From assembly GCA_905178155.1 (NCBI GenBank), contig CAJINV010000001.1, positions 15,934,142 to 15,998,141 on the forward strand: a stretch of 64,000 nt of DNA. The letters run 5' to 3'. This document shows positions 25,201 to 36,000 of the stretch, piece by piece. Below the pieces are notes generated by a model, which was given only the letters and a program-made list of their open reading frames with translations, did no database searches and had not been told where the DNA came from. This DNA comes from Amoebophrya sp. A120. Its lineage: Eukaryota > Protista > Dinoflagellata. Numbering within the stretch: position 1 is the first letter of the stretch; each line of letters starts with the position of its first letter. The position numbers were made by a program, and so were the translations under genes.

Positions 25201-28200
25201 ATCCGACTGCGTGAGACATTCGCTATCTCGTGCTTGCTTCACCGATGGGGAAATGTTGCCCCGCTGGCCACGAGAAGTACTAGAGGTGCCGCTCTTTTTA
25301 TTCTTGGAATGATTCATCTCCGTCATGTAGTTCCGTGTTGCACCTATTGTACTTGGCGAGGCTAGTACACCGTTTCCTGTGCTCTTGTTTTGACCGGCAT
25401 AAGTAGTTGAACAAAGCTTCCCACCGCCATGCTCCGCCTTACGAAAAACCGGTTTGCCGAACACGTGCAGCTTCTTGCACGCCGACGGCTTGAGAACTCC
25501 CGCGAGGCAGTTCATGGTTGTGGTTTTTCCCGCGCCGTTCTCGCCGAGCAGACCAGTGATTTCGTTTTCGAACAATGTCAAGTCCAGATTTTTCAAAACC
25601 GCCGGCCCGGTGTCGAACTGTACATCCAGGCCGACGATTTCCACGCACCGCTGCTTCTCCCACAACTGCTTCTCCCTCGCGTCCCAGGGCTGGAACAGCA
25701 ATTCGCTCTGCTGGCCCCCCGTGTGCCCATCGGTCGAAATCCGGCCCCGGTTGGCGGCTGGCCGCAAGTACTCCTCAAACAAGCCATCGTTTGTTTCGGC
25801 AAACATGACTGAAGTTGTGTTGTAGTCCAACCCCGAGCAGGGGGCACTCGATTTATTTCTCTCCACACCAACACCCACCTTGTTGTTTCTGTTGCTGGTA
25901 CCACCGCGGTGTAGCCCCGGATTGCTTGCAGATGCATCGTAGTTCTCTACTGCATGGCCATTTGCTGTCAACATCTTATTCCCGTTCGCGCTCTTCTGCG
26001 CCTCTTTCTTTTTCCAGAAGCACGAACAGCACAGAGTCTTACAGGCCGTGACCTTCCCGGCCAGATCGACACCCTGCAGCAGCTCCGCCCAGATCATCAG
26101 TACGGAAAGGAAGCAAAGCGCAATGAGTTGCCACGAGAAGAGCACGAGGAGTGACTGGACATGAAAAGTGAAATCGTTTAGCGGCAACCGGATGTGCTTG
26201 TTCACTTTCATCAAATTTTCCGCGATCGCCACATTCCGCTCTTCCTCCTGCTGCTCAACGTCCCCGGCCGTGCTGTCACGAGAAGACAAAACACCCGCCT
26301 TGCTCCTGCTCCCCCCAGTACCAAAATCCGTACCGGCACTATCCGCGCCTGTGTCCAACCGATTCACCAAGTCCCGGAGGAAGGAGAAGTACCGTGCCGT
26401 CTCATAGGTGTATTCGAGTCTGTTATTGGTGCTAAGCTGGGTCAAAATCCGGTAGAACAGAAAATGCGGCGCGATGACAGCGGAAAACGCCTTTTGGAGC
26501 CATGGGAATAGAAAATAACTGTTGGAGTCGTCAAGTAACAAAACTGGCTCCGACTCCGCATCAATTGGCTCATCTAAATCGTGATGGTCCGCGTTGGATA
26601 TAATCAATCCACCACCATCGAGATTTCCGCGCCGGGTTGCGATCGGCAGCTGCATGCTCGGAACGAACCCGGCACTACTAGCGATCTCTTCTCGTCCACG
26701 GCGGTCCACACTTTCTGAAGACATACTCCGATTAGCTCTCCGCCTTTGTTGGTGCTGCTGCTGCAACCCCCGGGCGGTCCGCAGTCCGTTCGCCTGCTCT
26801 CTTTTTTCCCGCTCCGCCGCGGCAAGGTCCTCCCGTTCCATCGGAGACAAGCTTGTGTAGTGCGACCGCGAGAGAACCCGGCTGCCGTCATCGGACTCGA
26901 GCTCCCAGATGTTCAGCTTTCGGTTGAACTGGATCCAGGGAGCCACTTCTGGACGGCGCGTAAAAATGCGCACGTAGGCGGTCTGCGTGTCGATCGGGTC
27001 CAAGTCCGCCCGCACATAGTTGACTTCCGCAAGTTGCTGCATTTCCCTGACCTTTTTCCGTTCCTTCTCGGCCTGCCGTCGCAACGCCGCCTCGTCCTCG
27101 TCGGTGAGAAGTTGCAGGGGTGAACCGAGACTTGCTTTCGTCGAGTCGTCGTCATGCGGCTGGTTGTTTGCCCCGGCGCCCCCAATGGAGCCCGTGCTGC
27201 TCCGCAGCCAGGTGTACACGGAGCTCTGTGACTGCTCTAGACTGTTCGCGTTGGTCGTGGAGGCCGCTAGATGTTCCTTCCACACGCCGGACCCGCCTAG
27301 CAGTTCCTTCTCGAGGAATCGCGAATGTTCGTAGAGGAAGAGAAGAAGCATCAGCAGGTAGAACAGCATTTTCCGGCCGTAACTCTCGGGCTCCGCGACC
27401 CCGCCATCTGCCGCATCCATGTCCTGCATCTTACTGGTCTCGGCGTCAAATCCAGCACGAAACGTCGCGGGCGGTAGGCGCGCTTGCTGCGGTTGGTTTT
27501 GATGTAGTGCGGCTTGCTGGTGCGCCACCGGCCCGGACACCGCACGCACGACCAGATCGTCGCCCGAGGAACTGTCCTCCTTGTGGTCATTTGTCACGTT
27601 GGCCGCCAGGTCGTACCAGGAAAGCGCGCCGGTTGTACTGTTGTTGCTCCCAGAATTTTTATCTCTTTTGTCACACCAGGGACAACACGAGCCGAACCAG
27701 GTCAGCGACTTCGTGTCTAGCTTACCGCTTTTGCTTCGTGTTCTGTTCCGGGTATTCAAAGTGTTCGCGAGCTGGTCCTGGGCCCCCGCGTTAGTGTTTT
27801 CGCCGGTATTCTTGGAGATGACACCTGGTGCGGATCCATCATTGCGATCTTCAATCTGCAATGAACGCGGTGCAGTAGTTCCGGAGCCAGCATTCCGATC
27901 GGTTTCCTTTTTTCGCTTGCAACAGGAACAGCAGAAGATGGAGGACAGGGTCGAGGCAAAAGCCAGCATGCTCGGCAGCGCGTAGACAAACAATAGTGTG
28001 CCAACCACGCAAATGGTCCAGACATAAACCAGTCCCGCCGCAAATGCAACGGCTCCATTAGTGGATATTCGCAATGCGCACTGCAAAAAGTACAGTAGCT
28101 TCTGCCCGAAAGAACTTTCTTTCCCGTCGGGCTCTTCGCCGTTCTGCCTCGGGAGTTCGCTTTGCGCCTGCAGCAAATTGCTGCCGTCAACATGCTCGCC

Positions 28201-30290
28201 TGGTGGTCGTGTCCGCCCTAGTTCTACCTGCGAAGTAGACGGGTTTGCAGGACCAGTCGCAGCGGAGGTTTCATCAGCACCGCGATTTTCTCCCGCGCTT
28301 GTAGTTTCCTTTGCCGCATCTATTTTGTTCCGAATATTGCTTTGCAACTGTGTCAACCCAAACTCATACGTCCGATCGCGGCGGACCGGCTCACGGGAAG
28401 ACGCTCCGCACGCTGCTGGGGACAGGCGGAAGTAGTCCCATATTTGCCAGAATTTTCGCTGCGGGAAATCCAGCAATGCCAGCTCCTGCTCGCGCAAAAA
28501 TGGTCGCACATCCAGGCTCTGGGATTGCGGCAGCACACCGAAGGACAGAGCGCCGGGGGCCAGGCGCAACGCGTCCAGCTCCGACACGCCTACCTCTATT
28601 CGTGACATCAAGTGCGCCGACTCCTTCAAGTGCTGGGCCGGCATCTCGCGCGGCATGCGCCAAAACTTCTCGCCCGGGGCGAGGTTTCCCTCGCCCGGGT
28701 GATGGTACCCGCCACTACTGCTCCCGGAAGTAGATAATTGGCACGTACAAACCGCTTGGTAGACATTGATGAGCACGACAATGACCGAACAGCCGTATGA
28801 AATGCAAAAGTGTCTGGGTCTGGATCTGGAAGAGTCGTGCTGTTTTTGCATGAGACAGAAGGGCTGGCATGGAAGCTCTAACGTCACAGGTTTCGAGAAG
28901 CTTCCGCAATGCCGAATCCGCATGACAGCTCCCCCATTTTGGTGACAGAAAGTGCAAGTGGGCAGCTTTTGCTACCTATGCATGAGAGATTTTCCATTTT
29001 CTGTGTTCCGAAATGCGCATCGCAAGTTTGCAATCATCCAGACCCAGACGCTTTTGCATTAGATAAGCCGATCCCGAAGACAACCGCCCCGAGAAACGGG
29101 AAGGACATCAGCCAATGCACGGCATACAGAAACCGCACCAGCAAACCCCGACTGCGGTACTTACTCCGGACCCGGCTGCTCCGCGTCAATTGCGCCACCA
29201 GAAACGCCTTTTGCCCCTGCTGCTGCTCACCGTACACCAGACCCCCGACCATCTCCGCGTAGTACAGAGCGCTCAGAGTGAGTAGCAGCTCGAACCAGTG
29301 TCGGCCTAGAAACGGAAAGAGCACGTGGAACAACGCATCCTTCACGTACTCCAGCATGTTGACGTTCGCAAACAACCGCGTGGATAATACCCGTTTCTCC
29401 AGAGCCGCCAGTTTCTCGAACGAGGTCAGCGGAGGGTGCTGCGGGTCGTGCAGAGACCCGGTCGACGAGGACCCGCCGTTACCGTGAGAAGCGTGCCCGT
29501 ACAGACTGCGGCTGATCGACTGCTCATTGGAAGCCGCGTTCCCGACCAGCCAAACGGGAAGGTACTCATTCAGCTGCAGCGCGACGCTGAAGAAAGACGC
29601 GTGCTGAAAGTTTGCCTTAGAGTATTGCTTCTCCGAAGCTGACGCGGAGGAACCACCTGCATCTGGACGCTGCTGATCACGTTGCGCTTCATTCCGATAC
29701 TCGAGGAACAAGTGCCCCGCCGTGTCCCGCTCGGCAAAAGGAAATGTTTGTCGGAGATCCGTCCAGACCTGAAAGAGGCCTAGGTCGTCATCTTTCTCCT
29801 GCGCATGCTCGACTCCCGATTTGGGGGACGCCTCGAAATCGCCAGAGCGGTGCGTTTCTGGATTTTTCAGAGTGCAGTAATGTTTGAAGCACTCTCGGTC
29901 GTACGAATGCAGAAGAACTGGCAAAGAAGAAGTCACAGATGAAATAAAGCAAAAGAAATCGCGACGCACTAATGTTCAGCATATCTTTCCAAGGGAACAA
30001 ACCAAAAGAGAACGACAAACCGCACCATGCGTAGTACCAAACGGATCGAGCTTTGGCTTTCCACCAAGCGGTGCAGGCAGGTCTCGCAGAACGTCGCGTG
30101 AGAACAGGTGGTCGATGCATCGGACACCAAACAGAAACGCAACCAGCACGCCGAGCAGGAGAAAGGGAACAGATACTCGACGAATGAACGAGTCATCAAA
30201 CAGAGTTTTGAAGTTTTTCCAAAGCAAAACCTCCAACACCGCAACCTTCCCACCTTGCAAAACGCACGAAGGCGTCGTTCGGGACCTCAT
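13235..30290 (-). CDS. ABCA: Full-size ABC transporter, subfamily A (~5,500 aa)
   Basis: Exons ~30290-30026, 29917-29066, 28790-17131 and 17068-13235 (16,611 nt, in frame). N-terminal ABCA motif VLLWKN + TM. NBD1: GENGAGKTT (~25530), LSGGWRR, VILDEPTAGMD, FTTH; R1 motif TSNLEEIFLKV. TMD2 with GISGKAYWASHFLAD. NBD2: GKNGSGKSS (~15000), LSGGAQRK, LLLDEPTTSID, LTTH; C-terminal DYAATAHRGLKKAF. Confidence 0.9.
17069..17130 (-). other. Short intron in the ABCA gene, boundaries uncertain (possibly non-canonical)
   Basis: Frame change between ORF 17101-28923 and ORF 13235-17104 over a T-rich stretch; AAG|TG...CACG|CGT restores the frame, but other GT-AG solutions exist. Confidence 0.5.
28796..29065. 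mobile_element. Introner, family A; non-canonical intron in the ABCA gene
   Basis: TIRs tatgaaatgcaaaagtgtctgggtctggat and (rc) tatctaatgcaaaagcgtctgggtctggat; TSD agccg at 28791-28795 and 29066-29070; removal gives in-frame VVFGIG-CSVIVVL within a TM helix; same length (270 bp) and TIR as the element at 5477. Confidence 0.92.
29918..30025 (-). other. GT-AG intron (108 nt) in the ABCA gene
   Basis: CAT G|GTGCGG...TTGCCAG|TT CTT, phase 1; removes the in-frame stop that ends ORF 29976-30290. Confidence 0.7.
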
Positions 30291-31452
30291 TTCGTAGCCC
30301 GAGAGATGAACGGGGAAGAAATCAGTCTAGGAAGAGTGTGAAGGAGTTCTCAGCCGTGCGTCAGACTCCATTCGGCACAATGGTGCTGTCGTATTTCGAG
30401 AACGGAAGTTCTGCTTCCGCCCACATAGAGGATGAGGAATGTTGACGAGTTGGCTCAGAATATTCCTCATGGTCGACTATGCACGACCATCGCAATCTGG
30501 AGGAAAGTCTCCCGCAAGGGAATCAAGTTCAACAAAAAGAATAGCGAAGGGACAGATCGACAACCCGTAGCAAGAGACGAGAGGACCGAAAATATCGATG
30601 TTGTTTGACCATGACGCCATCGAGGTGCAGATGCGCCGAGGATTTGAAGCACGGAGGCACTTGAGCATCACACTGACGCCATGCAGAGCTACCACATCCA
30701 CCCATGGAAAGAAGCCCGATGTCACAAAAGACGCTCCGGCGGCGCCCTGTTCTCGTCTAGAAGGCATTCGTAATTCAATTCATTCTTCGCAAAAATACAT
30801 TACCAAGCAGAGTTTTTGCAGTCGTCACGAAATGGTGGGCACAAGTTCGACTTCAATCTGAAAAGTATTCCGCAAGCAGAATGCATTCAAGAAAGGCAAA
30901 TCTACACTGTGCTTTGCGTTTCGGCAACTGGTGAAAAGTCAACGGTACTTACAACGGCGAAGCCGCACTTACAGTGATGAAGTAGCAATTGTTTCATTCA
31001 AACAGGAGGTAGCAGGAAAGTGACATCATGTTCATTGTGAAATCAAAAGGTAAAATTCTCGTACCTAGCGGAGCAAAAATCGGTTGTATACAGTAGGTAA
31101 GGAGTTGCTAGTGGCACAAGTACCTCAATGAAAACCAAAATACCACGAATGGCAATACAGGTGTATCATCACCAAAAAGTTCTAGACATCATCCAGAGAT
31201 CACGCTCGCATCGCCCCGCTGCATCAACCGTCAAGTAACTGCTCGTCCACATGTTCTCGGTCACGGAATCTGGTTCAAAAACCCTCTGCATCAAGTGCAC
31301 CACGCGACTCGGCGCGAATCACATGCCGGAGAGAGAACTCGGCACCTGGTGGAATTTTATTTTTCGCGAATCATTTAACCACGTACGCAATGATGTGTGC
31401 TAGTGTCACAGACAGACGAAGACAACGGCATTCCGATTCCTACTCCTTCTCC

Positions 31453-31501
31453 TCGTCACAGAGAATATATTTTGCAATGTAAAATCGTCACAGAGAATAT
31501 A
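31453..31501. repeat. 17-bp direct repeat tcgtcacagagaatata, two copies
   Basis: Copies at 31453-31469 and 31485-31501, downstream of the SSMKK gene. Confidence 0.7.
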
Positions 31502-31660
31502 CACAAATCGTCGATCACCTAGAATCACAACGGGAAAGCACCTGCGCAGTCTTTAGAGCGGACGACCATCGGGTAGACATCGTGGGGCAGCAACTCGCGT
31601 GACTTCTTCGTCAACCCCAGGAGGTTCACATCGACTGTTGTGACCGTGACGCCCACCCGC

Positions 31661-32110
31661 TTACTTCTTCTTCATAGAAGAAGCCTTCATGACCTGTGAT
31701 TTCAAAAAGACACAGCTTTTTTGACAATACTTGCGCATCAAACATGCCAAGAGCAAAACCAAACACATCCTGCAACAATAACATTGCCACTGAGTAGACA
31801 TGCTTGGATCATCATGTCGGAAGATTCAATGTACTTTGTAATTTTCCGTCACAAGTAGTAGACAGGAGTTATATCGTACTGATGGACCGTCTTCAAAAAA
31901 GGAAAATGTTTTGCGACTTACCGTCTTCTTCATGCTGGACTTCTTCATGACGGGGGCGGCCTTCTTCATGGAGGACATCTTCTTCATGGAGCTGGCCATT
32001 TTCTTCATGGAGCTCTTCATGGCCTTTTTCATGCTCGACTTTTTCATGCTGGATTTCTTCATGCTCGACTTCATAGCCGGAGCAGCTGGGGCAGCGGGAG
32101 CGGCGTCCAT
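31661..32110 (-). CDS. 73-aa highly basic SSMKK-repeat micro-protein (DVNP-tail/protamine-like)
   Basis: Exons 32110-31922 and 31693-31661 flank a GTAAGT...CACAG intron (31694-31921). Product MDAAPAAPAAPAMKSSMKKSSMKKSSMKKAMKSSMKKMASSMKKMSSMKKAAPVMKKSSMKKT-VMKASSMKKK. The repeat continues across the intron; Lys codons are almost all AAG. Confidence 0.85.
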
Positions 32111-33089
32111 CTTGATGCTTTGTTTTGTCGTGAGAGCGACAAAAACGTGTTTGCTTCGAGAGAAAACTCGAAAGAAAAGTTGATGTGCTGCAAAGTTGTA
32201 GCGCAGACTTGTAGACTGTTCTTGCGAAGTTGGAGTAAACCGTTGTAAGTTGTTTCACTTGTTTTCGAGTGTCGCGGCAGTTACCTCTTAGGAAAAAAAT
32301 CCAAAAGCCACTGAGCAAAAAGAATCAAAAACGCAGCAGCAAAAATCACGCTCGAGTCAGATCTTTGACACAGAAAGGAGCGGATGAAAAACCAAGAACG
32401 CAGAGATAATTATATGCACCACCTAGATCCAAAAAGAAAAGACCTGCTTTGGCGTGAGTCAACATAGCGCACAACTACTGATCCGCAGAGGCGAAAATGC
32501 TATACTTAAAGCGTTGATCTTGTTCCTCTGTGGCACTACTGCCATGACGCCGTAAGCACTGTCGCAGCAGTCAGTCGCCGCCACAGTGTGTACGACTCTT
32601 ACGGTCGCCCGCTTCGCGGGAACAAACCGCATGCCTCCACGAACAAGCACGCGTGAAGTCCAGGAAATGGTCACCCTTTGAGTTGCACTGTTATCCTCAA
32701 GTTGATTTGTACGTGTAGCTGTAGGCTTAAATGGAGAAGAGGGCATGAAGTTCCGCACATGTTTTGAATGAAGTGTCGCACAGCAGGGGAAAGCAGCAAG
32801 ACCGCGTCGCCTTCGGAAAAATACCAGTGTAAGGCATTTTGTGACGAGGCACACAGCTTCTTTGACTAATGCCACTGTAGAGCCGTTTCGGTCGGCAACT
32901 TTACCCTCATTCCTTCTTGCTGATATCATACATACATCCGACGGGCATATTACGTAGAGTGCTTCATCGTCTGTGAAGGTCTGGTTTTATCCGCGTGTGC
33001 CAAATAGACTGATTATACTGTACAGTGTGTTGAGTGATTGTCGCTAGTCTATGTCGATATGATTCTTGTTGCTGTTCATCAAATCTGTG

Positions 33090-36000
33090 CTACCTCTCTT
33101 GTACTTCATTTTTCATCGCACCAAAACCGTCATTGTCTTCCTCGGCTATTCCTTCCAGGAGGGCCGGATTGTCGCTAGTTAGTTCTTCCTTTTGGTCTCG
33201 CAGAATGATGTCGTCTCCCGTAAAGTAACTCTCGGGCGTTTCCACAGCGGGTAGAATAGTGTCGTTCACGAGCTGCTTTTTCTGCCGCTTTTGTCGTTTC
33301 TCTTCGGCTTTTTGCCTCGCTTTCTGTCGCTCTTGACGTTTTCGCAACTCCCGGATGAGTACGATAGTGAGTACAATTGCGACGAGGAGAAGCACCCCGG
33401 TGAGGACGCAGCAGATCATCAGCCGGGTAATCATGCCATCTGATGATCCAGTAGGCTGCGCGTCTGGATCCAGTGCCTCCGCTGGACCCTGAAGCACGAT
33501 GTCTATGCCGCCGACGCTGAAGTAGCTCTGCTTCAACTTCTCGTATCCCCCTATCTTCTCGATGACCAGCTTGCGCAGATCCGGACCTGATAATGGTAAT
33601 GCATGGATGTGCAATTGATTCAATTTCACAGTATTCACAAGACAAAAAATAAATAGTCTCGCGTATTAACTCGATCCTCCAACGACGAGCCTCACAGTGA
33701 AGATTGCGGCCCTCGACGTCACATGAATGTTCGTGATGAGAGATCCTAAGTGGACAATCAATTATTCGGGTTCGTTCGCGGGCTCAACGGCAGTCCAATA
33801 CAAACAAAGAAGCCAATTTCTAGTACCGAAAAATGGAGGCGCCAATGGCTGTGTCGTCTTTCCATCTGCACTCGCTTCGTCGAGGATTCGGTCCTCGGGA
33901 TTGATTCTTGTTTTCGTGTCCAGCAGCATGTGCAGAATCTCGTGGTTGACCGCAGTCTTGTCCACGTCGTCAAACTGCGCGTCCGGAAACTTCACCGCCA
34001 ATTCCCCAACCAGTTGCGACGCCGTGTTCGGGGTGATGGCCGTTCCCGTGTAGACGGCATTGGGAAACTGGAAAAAGCGCGCACCGATATTCGTCCCGAG
34101 CTGGCGCCCACTGGCGAAGGCCGGGAGCTCCTCGCGCCAGAGCGGCCGCGAAGTTGTCCAGCGCGCGAGCGCCTGGATCTTCTCGTCGCGCGTCAGCCGG
34201 GTTGCCAGCTCGTAGGGCACGACGAACGGCTTTACTGCCACACGTACATCGCCATCTATCGGCACTCCCCGATCGTGGCTGCGGACCCAACCGACCAAGC
34301 GGGAGAGCCCCGCCCCGAGGACCCGCCAGAAAAGCATTTCTTCCTCGACGTCAAACACAGCGATGGGTACGTTTGTGCCCGTTGCAGCAGGCAAGGTAAT
34401 GCATTTCTGCAAGACTGTGAGTACATCCCGCAGATCGCGCGCATCGGCGCGGTTTTCACGGCGCAAATTCTGGTCGTCCGGCGGCGGCAGAAGCCCGGTT
34501 CGGACCAAAGCCGCGTCGTTCAGGGTCAAAATTCGCACGCGGAGGTCCTTCTCGCGCTGCCTCCGCTGCGCGTCGCTCATGGCGTACAAGGCGATTGCGA
34601 ACTCGTTCCAAACTTCCAACGCGAGGACCGAGCGGAGAAATTCCGTCGAACTCCCGTTTCCGCCACTGAAGACCCAAAAAGGGGCCTTCTGTACCTCGTT
34701 CCGAACCTCACTGGCTTCCAGACTGAAGCTTTGCGCGTCGTGCTGTCCGGTCGCCGTGAAGGCCGCGCGCTTCTCCATCTGGCGCACCAAATGCACCGCC
34801 TGTAGGTAGGCCCAGTGTTTCGTCAGTGACAGGCTCTCTGCGGTGTGGAGGAGCTTCCCGCCTTCCGTGCGCAGGATCGTGTCCGCCTCAAGTGAAGGGT
34901 CCTTCGCCGCGTTCCATTCCCGCACCTCCGCTTCAGTTGGGCACTCGCGCAAAGCCGGCCCAGTTTGTTGCTGTTGCATGTTCATGTGTCCTCGGGCTTG
35001 GTTGATAGATTGCGGTTGGCTGTCGCTGTCACCAGGGGTAGCAGCCCCATCCTCCTCGCTGTCGGGGTCAGGAGAAATTGGTGGAGGACTGCCCGCGGGG
35101 GACAGCAACGTAGGTGAACCACGGTTGCTGGAGGTGGCGGTCGCTACTGGTTGTTGTGCACCGGCATGCACGTGGAGGGGTGTTGGCGGGGACGCACGCA
35201 TTCTGTAAGGTGAGAGTGCGCCTTGCGGTGGACTGGACGGGGCACCTCCCACCGGGTGTGAAATTTCCGGAACTGTTCCTCCCGCCGGAGGCAACGGCGC
35301 ATTTTCCCGAGGCGCAGTCTCCGGCCCTGCTGGCCGCAGTCCACTTCCCATCGATGCTTCGTGTCCTGCACGTGGAGCCTCTCCATACGTGTGGGCAGCA
35401 GGATAATTTGGAGTTTCAGGGTTCGCCACAAAACGCGAAGGGGAGGAACTGAGCGTTGGGTCCGGAGTATTCGACTCGGATCTAGCGCCCGCATTTGCCG
35501 CGCCGGCTACAGGTGTTGTCAAGGTCTGAGTCCCGTGAATCACTTGTTCGTAGTCTGGTGAGGCACCGATCGTGCTGGCCCTGTTGTACGCCGACGGGAG
35601 CTCACGAATAGTTGTTTCCTGTGTCACTTCTCCGTGTTGCGATCTGATCACGCGCTCACTCATAGGGGCAGCGCCTTCTCCACCCGTGGATTGTGCTATA
35701 CCTGCGGCTGCGGCCCGTGCCGGATATTGCGCGATCGCCTCGGGGGCGAATAACCCGCCTGGGGGGCAAACCACCCGAGGGGCGACGCCGATGAGACCAC
35801 TGGAAGAAACCGCGCCACCGGAAGATGCCGCGCCACCAGAAGAAACCGCAACACCGGAGGGGACTGGAGACACCGAAGAGGACCTGGCAGATCCGGCAAC
35901 GACGACCTCCGTAGGTAGTTCTGCCGTTACCGTTCCAACCGGAGCAGCAGCGCCCGCGGTTCCTTCGTAAATAATTGTCCTTTCTTCTATGTCTCCATCT

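Noticed and set aside
30300-31600. Small ORFs upstream of the ABCA gene (e.g. 30477-30767)
   Set aside because: No motifs or codon bias; the ABCA N-terminal LLWKN motif is already in the 30290 exon.
31893-32318. Alternative HEE-repeat ORF, and the antisense FFML-repeat ORF, over the SSMKK gene
   Set aside because: Frame shadows of the ATG AAG AAG repeat; only the MKK frame has an ATG start and continues across the intron.
33632-33767. GAATA direct repeat suggesting an introner-type junction
   Set aside because: No TIR, and this join enters the wrong frame; the GT-AG intron 33587-33826 explains the gene.
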